In this document: in pieces, positions 23,661 to 34,890 of the stretch
How positions within the stretch are numbered: position 1 is the stretch's first letter
Layout: the number at the start of each line of letters is the position of its first letter
Source: Chiloscyllium plagiosum
Lineage: Eukaryota
Length of the DNA stretch: 38,898 nucleotides
Reading direction: 5' to 3'
Assembly: GCF_004010195.1 (NCBI RefSeq)
Contig: NW_025214080.1
Coordinates: forward strand, 1-38,898
Notes under the pieces: generated by a model
What the model saw: the letters and a program-made list of their open reading frames with translations, nothing else
What the model was told of the DNA's origin: nothing
Database searches by the model: none
Position numbers and translations under genes: made by a program

Positions 23661-25069
23661 TTATCCACCATTGTTTATCGAGCTTCCCCTTCGATGTATC
23701 CATGGTGTTCACCTTGGCTTCTCTTTGTGGTGCTAAGTTCCACATTCCATTCTCTCAGTAAAGAAAGTTTCTGCTGAATTGCTTGTTGAATAAATGATAC
23801 CTCGATTTAGTTTTGGTCTCCCCATATCAATAAACAGACACTTTCCCTAAGTCTCACTAGTTGAATGGTTTTACAGCTTAAAGGGTCTTTATGGGGTCAC
23901 TTCCTCAGTTTTCTTTTGAACAGAAAGCCTGTTCAATTTTTCCTACTAATTAACAGCCTCTCAGTCTTTATGTCACTTTGGTAAAATCTTGGGCCCAGCT
24001 TCATACAGACCTGGACGTTCAGGGTCAGCAGTATTACTTTACCATACATTGTGGCAGTATAACTTGGGGTTGTGGGTAGCGGGTGATGATTCCATCACAC
24101 ATCTCAGGAACAGGAGCTGCAGCTGAAACTCTGTGTTGCTCTGGCACAGGGATTCATGAGGTCGCCCACACAATTGACCCTCCCAAGATGCGCAATTTAG
24201 GTGCCGGTTGTTCTGGGAGATGTGATGAAGCCCAGACAACACAAAACTGTGTCAATACACCAAAACAAGAACTGGCTGGTTGGCATGGACCGGTTTGAGC
24301 CAAAGGGCCAGTCTTTGTGCTGCAGGACTCTGACTACTTCACTGGTGCACTCTGTCCATGTATACCATGTGTCTTGTGATTCCTTTAATTTTGAAATAAT
24401 CAGACCTTAGATTTGAAATGCTGGAGCTCCATTAAGTGTATTTCGTGCATTTTTTGCATATTACTGGTAGACTATAGGCAGATGCATTGTTAATTGGTAC
24501 ATGATGGCAATGCAGCTTTAAAATGGGACACCATGGATCTACATTCTCATAACTATTAGTTCCTACTTCTTTTATGAATAATATCTCAAGAATAGCTGTA
24601 GGGCCAATACTGGGATCATTCTTGTAACTACCTATGCTCCAAACAAACCTGTGGAGGGGACACTTGTTACAAAGAAGTGATTCTCCACCTGAATCTCCTG
24701 TAAAGAAATGAGCATTTTAGGTAGATGCAGTGTTTGTCATCCTTCTTATTAGCCTCTTGTGTTGAATGTGTTAGAATACTCAAGCTTTCAATAAACCCTT
24801 CAGCTTTGCGTCAGAAGTTTTCAATACGCTTAGCAGGATTATCGGAATTGAGCCCCAGAAGAGTGTGAATGGCCACAAAAGCACCAAGCAGTAACAACTC
24901 ATGAATGTGAAGTGCAGATTGATGAGGACAGTTGAGGTCTAGAGAGGTTTTGGACACTGTGCTTCCAGGAGCCAACTCACCCCGTGAAGAGGCCTCCATT
25001 TTGTCTGTTTCATTAATGCTGAGCTTTGGTTTAGAAGGGAGGGTCTCTTTCGCTGTGTGGCCATGTTTA

Positions 25070-25138
25070 TGAGTGTGCGTATGTTCTGTGGGTGTGTGTG
25101 TGTATCATGTGTCTGTTTGTATCCATGTGCGTGTGTGC
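25070..25138. repeat. Degenerate (TG)n tract
   Basis: gagtgtgcgtatgttctgtgggtgtgtgtgtgtatcatgtgtc... Confidence 0.6.
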
Positions 25139-25450
25139 CTCTTTTCCACAAAGGGCAGTGAATGCAGGATTTTAAATCTGAGGTAGATAATTTTTTTTTA
25201 AGCAAATGTGTTAACGGATATGAAAGTCAAGCCACAGATCTGTCAAGATCTCATTGAATGGTGGAACAGGCTTGAGGGGCTGAATGGCCTGCATCCGTTC
25301 TGATATGTGTCCATGTCACTCAGTGTGAATTTGATCCTAGCTGATCTTCTCACCATTGAAGACTTTAAAGTGTATTTGTTTTTAATTTGTTGCTGATAAT
25401 TTTTGGTGAAAGACAGGATTCTTATCAGGTTTTTTTCTCTGTCTGCACAG

Positions 25451-25604
25451 CTCTCCTGTCATCGTGGTGCGAGGACTTAGGGCGGCTCCTGTTGCTTCGC
25501 CACCAGAAGAGTCGTCAGAACGACACCCCTGGTAAACTGCCCATGCAGCCACCGATGAACCCTATGAGCACTATGAAACCAACACTCCCTCCTGGACCCC
25601 ACAG
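25451..25604 (+). CDS. ZMIZ2: ZMIZ-family (ZMIZ1-like, probably ZMIZ2 orthologue) internal coding exon A; end of N-terminal TPR-like domain
   Basis: Acceptor ...tctgcacAG|ct, donor cacag|GTcagt. Encodes (A)[50 protein letters not shown](S), matching recalled ZMIZ1 [35 protein letters not shown] and the ZMIZ2 N-terminus MNSMNPMKPALPPAPH. Family is certain; paralogue assignment is not. Confidence 0.93.
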
Positions 25605-26138
25605 GTCAGTCATGAGAAATCTGACTCCCTGCAGTCTCCCTTTCTCCCTCAGTCTGCAGACAGAATGTTTGTACCCAGTTCAAAAATGGTCGCTGTGATC
25701 CATCCGCATGTGCAGTTGGACATGTTTCTATGTGGAATCAGTCCCTTGTCGCAGCACTCCAGTTAGTCTTCAGTCAGAACCCAGTGCCCCCTTCACTGAA
25801 AAAAGCAAGCTGGATCCAGTCCTCAATCTGTCCTAATTCACTTCTATCATAATCTGCAGGGAATTACTGATCTTTAAATTGATAGCGGAAATTCCGGGAA
25901 TTGAGGGTAAGGACCACTCCCACTCAAAAGCGGCTGCAAATGCGTCATTTCAGGTCTGTGGAAATACCAACTTTGCACACAAGGAGAAGACAGATAAGGG
26001 AACGATGGGCCAGTGTTGAGTTTGTCCTTCTGGAGGTTTGTATGTTCTGTGCAAGTCTGTTCCCTTTTGCAGACTCCAGTGCGCTGCCCAGAAATGCAAC
26101 ACCGGTCAGAGCTGTTGGGCAGCTTGAAGCTAGCGCCA

Positions 26139-27049
26139 TTGTCCTGCTGCACAAATCGATCACCCTGTGAGACACAGCAGGGGGCTGCTCCTCAATCACT
26201 TCCCACAAAGATCTGTGATCAGAGTTTCAACAGTTGATCTTTAGTCTGCCTAAAGATTGTGTGGACTGTGACCGATCAGATTTCCTAATGATCTGATATC
26301 TGAGAATGTTTGTGACCTGCTGATCTCTGAGGCTGTCAGTGGCCTCCTGATTGCTGTGATCAGTCATGGATTTCAACAGTGATCAGATGTGAATCTCACC
26401 AATGACCTTGAAGTTGGTCTGACTTTGGCACAGGTGAGAAGGAAGATTGGCTTCAGCACTTTGTGAATGTGCCCAGATTCTGTTCAATGATGACGATTAC
26501 AGCCTGGGGTTTTATTACAGACAGTGCAGGTTGTCCTTTGTCCTGCTGCACAAATCGATCACCCTGTGAGACACAGCAGGGGGCTGCTCCTCAGTCACTT
26601 CCCACAACAAAGATCTGTGATCAGAGTTTCAACAGTTGATCTTTAGTCTGCCTAAAGATTGTGTGGACTGTGACCGATCAGATTTCCTAATGATCTGATA
26701 TCTGGAGCCGACAGTGATCTACTGATCTCTGGGACGCTTGATGGTCTGCTCTCTGAGACTGTTAGCAATCTGCCAATCTCTGGAAATATTAGTGATCTGG
26801 TGATCTACTGTCATCTGAGAATGTTTGTGACCTGCTGATCTCTGAGGCTGTCAGTGGCCTCCTGATTGCTGTGATCAGTCATGGATTTCAACAGTGATCA
26901 GATGTGAATCTCACCAATGACCTTGAAGTTGGTCTGACTTTGGCACAGGTGAGAAGGAAGATTGGCTTCAGCACTTTGTGAATGTGCCCAGATTCTGTTC
27001 AATGATGACGATTACAGCCTGGGGTTTTATTACAGACAGTGCAGGTTGT
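26139..27049. repeat. Near-identical direct tandem duplication (26139-26534 and 26538-27049)
   Basis: Both copies run ttgtcctgctgcacaaatcg...gacagtgcaggttgt. Copy 2 has an extra 113 bp, an extra CAA and one substitution. Confidence 0.95.
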
Positions 27050-27894
27050 GTTGAAGGAGCTTACCGTTAACCTAATGGGTACAGAAAATAAGGCAATAAT
27101 TCTAGGTTGCTTCAACTCATTATTCTGCAATGGTATGCCTAGATCTGTCTGTTTAAACCATAGACAGAATATTTGAGACATAACATCCATTAACAGCAAT
27201 ATTGTTCAGGATAGCTTTTTGAGATGTTAATATTAAAAAGCAACATTATTTTGAAAAGCTTGTAAAATAGAATTGCTGCTGTTAATTAGCTGGGTGAATC
27301 TGTTAACCTTTTTTATTTGTGAAACTGGCAAAGCTCATTGAATGGAAGCTTGTCACCAACCTCCTGGTCTTTGGAGCTACTTCTGAATAATGCTTCCCAT
27401 TATTACTATTCAGGATGACACATCCGTGGGTTTATTGAGTCTTTCAGAATTATCTTTTTATTCAGCTGTCATAGTGCATAAAATAATAGACCATTTCAAC
27501 AGCGCTTTTGTCCTGGTCTCTCTACATTTGTACCTCTTAACAGCTGAGAACCTACACTCAAACAATAAAAAAAGCTCCCCATGTTCTGGGGAGGGCACAC
27601 CTGGTGTGTTGGAACAGAGTGAGTCAGTTACAGCCAGATTCTCAGGAGTGGAAGTGCCTCATTCAACCATGACGTCTTCTGAGGTAGAGAATTGAAATTC
27701 AGCTAGTTAATCTCTCTCTTCACTATTCAGTGCAATACCAAGATAATTAACCTATCCCTGAAATATGTCACCTGTTTGCCAACTGGTTTCTCTTCACTGT
27801 ACCTTCATAGTGTGGTCGGCTTCTGATGACCGGAAGCCATTGAAGCAGAATTAGGCCATTTGGCCCATTCAGTCTGCTGCGCCATGGCTTTTAT

Positions 27895-28230
27895 TTTCCT
27901 TATTCAGGAGATGAGGGAGTCGCTGGGTTTGTCAGCATTTGTTGCCCAGAGGGCAGTTAAGAGTCAACCACATTGCTGTGGGTCTGGAGTCACATGTAGG
28001 CCAGACCAGGTAAGGATGGCAGTTTCCTTCCCTAAGGGACATTAGTGAACCAGATGGATTTTTCTGACAATCGACATGGATTCATGGTCATTATTAGACC
28101 CTTAATTCCAGATATTTATTGAATTCAAATTCCACCATTTGCTGTTGCGGGATTCGAACCCAGGTCCCCAGAACATTAGCGGGGTCTCTGGGTTAATAGT
28201 CCAGTGATATGACTAGGCCATAGACTCCCT
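27895..28230 (-). mobile_element. tRNA-derived SINE (family B) nested in a CR1 tail
   Basis: Minus-strand head with B-box GGTTCGAATCC (ggattcgaacc on +); body ccacattgctgtgggtctggagtcacatgtaggccagacc shared with three other copies. Confidence 0.8.
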
Positions 28231-28650
28231 ATGTCTGACCTGATCTGTTTCTCAACCTAATTTGCCTGCCTTCTTCCCATTATCTTCGATCCCCTTACCA
28301 ATCAAGAACTCTTCTACCTCCACCTTAAGTACACCCAATGACCTGGTCTCCATAGCCTTCTGCAGCAATGAATACCGCAAAGTCATCACCTTCTGGCTGA
28401 AGACTTTCCTCCTGATCTCAGTTCTAAAGAGTTGTCCCTTCTCTTTCAGGCCGTGCTCTCAGGTCCTAGTCTCTCCTACTAGTGGAAGCATCTTCTCCAC
28501 ATCCATTCTATTGAGGCCTATCGGTAGTCTGCAAGTTTCAATTAGATGCCCCCCATCTACCACCTCCAAAACTCCAAGTGCAGACTGACAGTCCTCTAAC
28601 ACTCCACATATGACAAGCCTTTCATCCCTGGGAGCATTCTTGTAAACCTG
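28230..28650 (-). mobile_element. CR1 LINE 3' end (continues from 27840-27888)
   Basis: ttctggctgaagactttcctcctgatctcagttctaaag...caggtcctagtctctcctactagtgg. Confidence 0.7.
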
Positions 28651-29419
28651 TGATACTATGGCTTGCTACTAGCAATACGTCGGCAGGTGCTGAATCAGAA
28701 AGCACCCCAGGGTGTTTTGTTGACACTTGTGACAGAGAAGAGGGTCAGGCCAAAGACAACATTCTGTCAACTAGACAACAGTCTGCCTATTGGTCATCAG
28801 CCTTGACTGGTTTCATGTGTAGCATGGGAATGAAAAGGAGGGGGGATGGGTTTATTGTCCCATCCATGGTCCATGTGTCTCAGCTATGGAGTAGCTGATG
28901 TAATGATGTGACAACTGGATATGTCCCTGTGCTTGTTTGTACGGTCAAATGCTCATTGCTCATGATAACTAAGGGTATTTGTGGAGGGTATTGTGTTCCC
29001 CTCCTTGTTTCTTTCAGCTTCTTGGTCGTCGCACTGTGGGAATATTCTCATCTCAAACTCCAGGGGTGCTGAGTTCAAGTCTCACACCAGAGGTGTTTGC
29101 GTATAATCTTGTGCTGTTAGTACAGTGCGGCCCACCCTCAGCCCTTGAATCCTTTCCTGCCTCTTGGTATCTTCACTGGCTCATGGTTGGTTGTCCTTCC
29201 ATCTGTTTTCTCTTAGCCTGTGCCCCCAAACCCATCAGAAACCATGTTCTCTGTTGCCTGCCTCTTCGTATAGCCACCTCCGTCACTATGGCAACCTGTT
29301 CCCATGCCTCTGCAAGCGGCTGACAAACCCCTGACCACTTCCTTCATTTCATACTTCCTTCTCGCTAGTGGTAGCCTGGAGAGACATGAGACCCCCTGCA
29401 GCCATCATTATTTTTAGTA

Positions 29420-29530
29420 ACTTTAATCACCCTGCTTGGGTGTGTTATTACATACCTTTTAAAGCAGGTGGGATTTGAACCTGGGCCTCCTGGCTCAAAG
29501 GTATTGACGTGACCATTGCGCCACAAGAAT
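29420..29530 (-). mobile_element. Short tRNA-derived SINE-like repeat (family C)
   Basis: gcaggtgggatttgaacctgggcctcctggctc...accattgcgccacaaga. Confidence 0.7.
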
Positions 29531-29655
29531 CCTTTTACTGTCACGATTTACCACCTACATAAAGGGCTTCAGTTCAGGAACTCCACACTGTCAGGGTGTA
29601 TATTGAGTAGGTTGTTCGGATATTACACAATGAGCTGGAGAAGATCAGTAAATAT

Positions 29656-29956
29656 CAGTGTGGAAGCAGGCCATTCAGCCCAACAAGTCTACACCAATCC
29701 TCCAAAGAGCATCCCACCCAGACCCATCCCCCAACCCTATCCCTGTAACCCTGCATTTCCCATGGCTAACCCACCTAGCCCTCGCATCCCTAGCTCAGCC
29801 AATCCACCCTAACCTGCACATCTTTGGGAGGAAACCGGAGCACCCAGAGGAAACCCACGCGGACATGGGCAGAACATGCAAACTCCAAACAATTGCCCAA
29901 GGCTGGTACTGAATCCTGGTCCCTGGCACTGTGAGGGTCACTAGTGAGCCACAGTG
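29656..29956 (-). mobile_element. HE1-type V-SINE
   Basis: aacctgcacatctttgggaggaaaccggagcacccagaggaaacccacgc... Confidence 0.9.
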
Positions 29957-30337
29957 AGATGATATAATTGCACTTGAACATTATGTTCTGTGTGTGTGAA
30001 GAAACACAGAAGCAGTGGATTTAGTTCCTGAATAATGTTGAAATAACAGCTGAACTCAAAAGCAACTTTGTTGGCATAAAGAACTCCACATCTTCAGTCA
30101 AAGTAGGATACCAATCAATAAAGTCTAAAGGTGGCTGGTCTCCTCGCTCAGTCACTGCAGTAGACAGTGTGTCAGCCTCCATTTGAGTACAGTTCCCTGA
30201 TGCGCAGAGATGACATTCAACACCAGAGGCTGTAGTGGGAAGGAACATTGGCCTAATTCCTCAAGTCAATTGGTGCAATTTGGTTATTTTTACCCTAGAA
30301 AGCAGACATCTGAGAGCTCTTTTTGTTGGAAATTAAG

Positions 30338-30425
30338 CTATAGGAAGGATAGAAAGGGGGGCAAGAGAGGAGGGGGAGTGGCATTTTTGATAAGGGATAA
30401 CATTACGGCTGTACTGAGGGAGGGT
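30338..30425 (+). mobile_element. CR1 ORF2 endonuclease-domain fragment
   Basis: YRKDRKGGKRGGGVAFLIRDNITAVLRE. Confidence 0.75.
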
Positions 30426-31186
30426 ATTGATTTTGAAATAGATGATGACCCTTTATCTCATCAAATGATGGCAGAAGTTGGAACCGGCTGAATGGCATAT
30501 TGTCTTCCTATTTTCCTCTAACCGGTTCAAAGTAGGAAATCATACGTATAGAAAGAGGTACCATGAAATTCTTTGTCACATGAAGAGTAATCAACGTATG
30601 GAATGATTTTCCAGGGGATCAAAATCCTCTAAGAACCAATTGAATGGGGGATATCAGGGTGTTTCTAGATTCCTGAACAACGATGGACTGAATTGCCTTC
30701 TGCTTCCATAACCTTTGTCAGTTTGTGATCCGATGTAACTGTGACTGTGTATTTAATTGTTGCCTATGAACAGATGTATCTTTACAAGCATTAATAATAT
30801 TACTAATAACCAGCTTTCTCTTTGCAAGACAGTGTGAAAATTGCCCGGGGTAATTTACTAATCTATATGTCTTCTTTCATGAACCAGCCCAGCAAACGTC
30901 AGTGTTAAAAGTTTTTGAGGAAGCCAGCCATTTCCTACTGTTTATTTTTAACTTGACCTTTTCAAGGATCTACCAATGTGCGGAAATAGTCTTCAGTAGA
31001 AAAAAATCTCCAATTCTCCTCAAGCTGTGCCAGCACGATTTAAGCTCAGCACAGCTTGCTCAAACTATTTAACCTACCCATTCACTTTAAGGGCTATCTT
31101 TAAGGAGGTTTGAATCTCAGATCCTTTGGTAAAACAGTGAGGAATGGTTGAGGGTTGAGAGGTCAATGTTTAACATGTAATAATTG

Positions 31187-31189
<3 letters not shown>

Positions 31190-31232
<43 letters not shown>

Positions 31233-31572
31233 TCTCTCTCTCTCTCTCTCTCTCTCCTCTGTCACTCTCTGTCACTCTCTGTCACTCTCTGTCACTCTCT
31301 GTCACTCTCTGTCACTCTCTGTCACTCTCTGTCACTCTCTGTCACTCTCTGTCACTCTCTGTCACTCTCTGTCACTCTCTGTCACTCTCTGTCACTCTCT
31401 GTCACTCTCTGTCACTCTCTGTCACTCTCTGTCACTCTCTGTCACTCTCTGTCACTCTCTGTCACTCTCTGTCACTCTCTGTCACTCTCTGTCACTCTCT
31501 CTCACAATCTCTCTCTCACTCTCACTCTCTGTCACTCTCTGTCACTCTCTGTCACTCTCTGTCACTCTCTGT

Positions 31573-31613
<41 letters not shown>

Positions 31614-31633
31614 TCTCTCTCTTTCTCTCTCTC
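31190..31633. repeat. Compound microsatellite: (CT)n, (GTCACTCTCT)x24 perfect (31261-31500), then (CTCACT)n
   Basis: Directly visible; ends about 15 nt before the exon B acceptor. Confidence 0.98.
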
Positions 31634-31647
31634 ACATTCTCAAGCAG

Positions 31648-31762
31648 TGATGGGTCATTCACCTATGATGCTGTTCCCTGGCAGCAAAATACAAGTCAAC
31701 CACCAGGGTCACTGTCTGTAGTTACAACTGTGTGGGGAGTCACCAACACATCACAGAGCCAG
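31648..31762 (+). CDS. ZMIZ2: ZMIZ-family coding exon B
   Basis: aagcAG|t gat ... cag|GTaacg; 115 nt, phase 2 to 0. Encodes (S)[38 protein letters not shown], a conserved ZMIZ1/2 motif. Confidence 0.95.
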
Positions 31763-33024
31763 GTAACGTGAGTTCTATAATGCATCTTCACTGTGAATGT
31801 ACCATAATCTGAGGCAATCTTCAAGGCAAATAAATTAAACTCTTCTAAAGTCATTTGTAGCAAATGTTTGCAATGCAATTGCCTAAGATGTGGCAGAACT
31901 CTAAAGACAAACCACAAACTTCTAACTACAGAACGAGGCATACACATCAAGAAAACTGTGGGTTTGACCTTCTGGTCTGTTGAATAAGGTGTTCTCAGGT
32001 TAGCATTCTGAGATTTGAGAGCTTCGAAAAATCAGCCAAGATTCATTTTTTAAACACCACCCACCCACCCCAGTGTTGGTAGAGCATAACTGTGGGTGCT
32101 AGGCAAGGACAAAATCAGGGCAGCTGTGAGGCTCTGTAGCCTGCCAGTGCTCATGTTTTAGAGCACACATGCAGACTGGCTGCTTCCACATGAGTCTGGA
32201 GGATGTCATTCAGAGTCAAACCCCAGCAGGACTACAGACGGAAACTGGGTTTTATACATAAAATACAAGCAAAATGAGTCCTGTTGAATTTGCACCTTGA
32301 TGGAGTTAATGTGAGGAATGCTTTGCAGCTGCTCAGTTATTGAAGGCCAATTTAGATACGGAAAAGAGACATTTAGGATTCACCAGAATGATAACTGCGA
32401 TGAGATGTTATAATTGAAAGGAAAGTGTCAAAAAGGTACCTTTCCTTGCGGTGGAACAGAGAAGACTTAAACTGGAGGTGGCCAATAGGGATTCTCAAAC
32501 TGAGTTATTGCTGGAAGAATTAAGCTTGCACAGGAGGATTTGAAGTAGCTCCTTTACCAACGGAGTAATAGACGCGAACATCATTTTAGAGAGTATTGTA
32601 TTTGGAAAGGAAAAATATGAAACAAAGAGGGGACAGCTCAAATAATTCCAGTAGTAAAACCAGCACAGGGACATCGGACTTGACTCTGTGCTGAAATCCT
32701 TTGACTCAAAAAGACTCGGTCTTTGGGACAGCAAATTGGGGTGGGGTCGGGGGTGAGAGTTGTTTCAACACCCACTATGCTCTTTAAACTCTACTGGAAG
32801 AATTATTGGTCATGCTCCAGGTTGGCCCATTGCACCAGTGAGCCTTGAGAAGAAAAGGCTGCCATTAGACATTGCATTCGTATTTCGAAAGTTGATTCAT
32901 CATCAGCAAGCTCTTTAGGTTAGGAGAACGATCGGAGCAAGAGAAGTCGGAGTTAAACTGATCGCAGTACACATTTCTATGGGAGTTAGGCATTGGAATC
33001 TTGTTGAGAATCTGTGGAATATGC

Positions 33025-33545
33025 TCTTGTTCTTTCTTTGACGGGATTTGGGTGGCACTGGCAGGGCTAGCATTTATTACCCATCGGTGACTGAACTTGA
33101 ACTGAGCGGCCTGCCTCACAGTTGAGACTCAACCACATTGCTGTGGATCTGGAGTCACATGTAGGCCGGATCAGGTCAGGATGGCAGATTTCCTTCTCAA
33201 CTAGGCCTGAGTGAACCAGATGGGGCTTTGCAACAATCCCTGGTAGTTACCATGGTAACCATCTCTGTGGCTAGCTTTCAATTCATGGTGGGATTTGAAC
33301 CCATATCACCAGATAATTAGCCTGAGTCTCTGGATTACTAATCAAAAAATGTGGTGCTGGAAAAACCCAACCAGTCAGGAATTGATGAACAGCTTATGCC
33401 CGAAATGTCGACTCTCCTGCTCCTCGGATGCTGCCTGACTGGCTGTGCTTTTCCAGCACCACACTTTTCGACTCTGATCTCCAGCATCTTCTCCTTTCTC
33501 TTCTCTGGACTACTAGTCCAGTGACATTGCTGTTAAACCTCTGTT
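33025..33545 (-). mobile_element. tRNA-derived SINE (family B) interrupted by a PLE fragment
   Basis: aaccacattgctgtggatctggagtcacatgtaggcc...ggtgggatttgaaccc...ctagtccagtgacattgc. Confidence 0.75.
33341..33501 (+). mobile_element. Mini PLE insertion with inverted arm, degenerate hammerhead (33382-33412) and TSD
   Basis: TSD TCTCTGGA(T/C)TACTA at 33327-33340 and 33502-33515. Motif TTGATGA-A-cagcttatgccc-GAAA-tg-TC. Arm 33342-33379 is the reverse complement of ~33434-33471. Confidence 0.85.
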
Positions 33546-33642
33546 GTCCCTTTGTGTTAACAACTTGCTCAGAGTCTCCCTGCTTTTTCTACCTCATTTC
33601 CCAGTGCTTTTTAATACAGTTCCTTTCCCTTTCTGTAAGCAG

Positions 33643-33863
33643 GTGCTGGGAAATCCAATGGCAAATGCCAGTAACCCCATGACTCCAGGAGGCAACCCGA
33701 TGGGCTCAGGGATGTCGGCGAACAATCCCGGGATTAACTCGCCTCAGTTTGCCAGTCAGCAGCAGCAATTCTCAGCCAGCAAGGGTGGCTCCAACCAAGC
33801 CTACATGCAACAGGGCATGTATGGCCGACCAAACTATCCTGGAAGTGGCAACTTTGGGAGCAG
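33643..33863 (+). CDS. ZMIZ2: ZMIZ-family coding exon C
   Basis: taagcAG|gtg ... agcag|GTaaaa; 221 nt, phase 0 to 2. Encodes [23 protein letters not shown]...[14 protein letters not shown](S). Confidence 0.95.
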
Positions 33864-34304
33864 GTAAAAAATCCCACATCACGTTGCTGCCTCAACACAA
33901 GGGATACTATTTTCAGGATTCTGGAGGAGCACACATGATACTGAACTGGCAAAACACCAAAGCCAATGGTCATTACTCAGACCTGTCTAATGGAGATGGC
34001 TGAAGTCCATTCAGTCGATGACACTGGAAGGATTTGTACCTATTGAACATTTCAGTTGGTATAATTTTTACACATCCCATTGCGAGTCTTTAATTTTCCT
34101 TTTTCCTTCCCTCTTAATTTTTATTTGGAAGCTTTAGTGAAAACTGTCATTTATAGCCAATTACAAGGCCAACAAGAGGCTTATTTTTCCAGATCCCCCA
34201 ATATTGACCTGATGAGCATCATGTCCCTGGAATGTTCCTCATCTAGCTCTTCTCTTACCTCTATACGAAGACAGCAAATGCTTCATTCACTATTTTCATA
34301 TGTA

Positions 34305-34490
34305 TAGAACTGATTCATGTAGCACAGAAACAGACCCTTCAGTCTAACCAGTCCATGCTGAATGTAATCCTAAACTAAACTAGTCCCATCTGCCTGCTCC
34401 TGGCCCATATCCCTCCACACCTTTCCTATTCGTCTCCTTATCTAAGAGTCTTCTAAACATTGTAACTGTGCCCACATCCACCACTTCCTC
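34305..34490 (-). mobile_element. CR1 LINE 3' tail
   Basis: agcacagaaacagacccttcagtctaaccagtccatgc...tggcccatatccctcc. Confidence 0.8.
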
Positions 34491-34890
34491 AGAAGATTTT
34501 ATTTTACAATCTTCTATTTCCTGCCTCTCTCCCAGGTAATATTTCATCCTGTAGCTAAGGAGACAATTCCTATGTCAATAGGAACAGGAGAGTACACAGT
34601 CACACCCTCCTTCCAAGGTCAAGCTGATCTTCACTTACCACCTTCGCATGTTTGAGGGGAGTAGCGAGGCCTAACCTCAACCCTTTGCCTTTGTATGCAG
34701 CCCGGTACGTGCCCAAATGGTTTAATCACCATTTAAAGAGGCTTATTCAGTTGAGGCCTGTGGCTTCTGCCAGAATCTTTGTTGCCTTTGAAACTGCAGA
34801 GCCAGAAGTTGCATTGTCAGTGTGGTTCCCATGTTTTTATTCTGAATGATGCCAACAGGGCGTCACTTAACGTTTGTCTCTTTTTTTCAG

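Noticed and set aside
1..25450. Upstream ZMIZ exon ([34 protein letters not shown]-like)
   Set aside because: Not found by eye or in the ORF track; presumably upstream of the window. tBLASTn would settle this.
31261..31500. CRISPR-like regular array
   Set aside because: Pure tandem decamer with no spacers, in vertebrate DNA.
31155..31771. 188 aa and 195 aa Ser/Leu/His-rich ORFs
   Set aside because: Translations of the stop-free microsatellite; only 31648-31762 is exon.
32872..32909. Minus-strand hammerhead-like string (ttg-CTGATGA-T-GAA...TTC-GAAA...ATG-caa)
   Set aside because: G at the cleavage position, weak AU-rich stems and no PLE context; likely chance.
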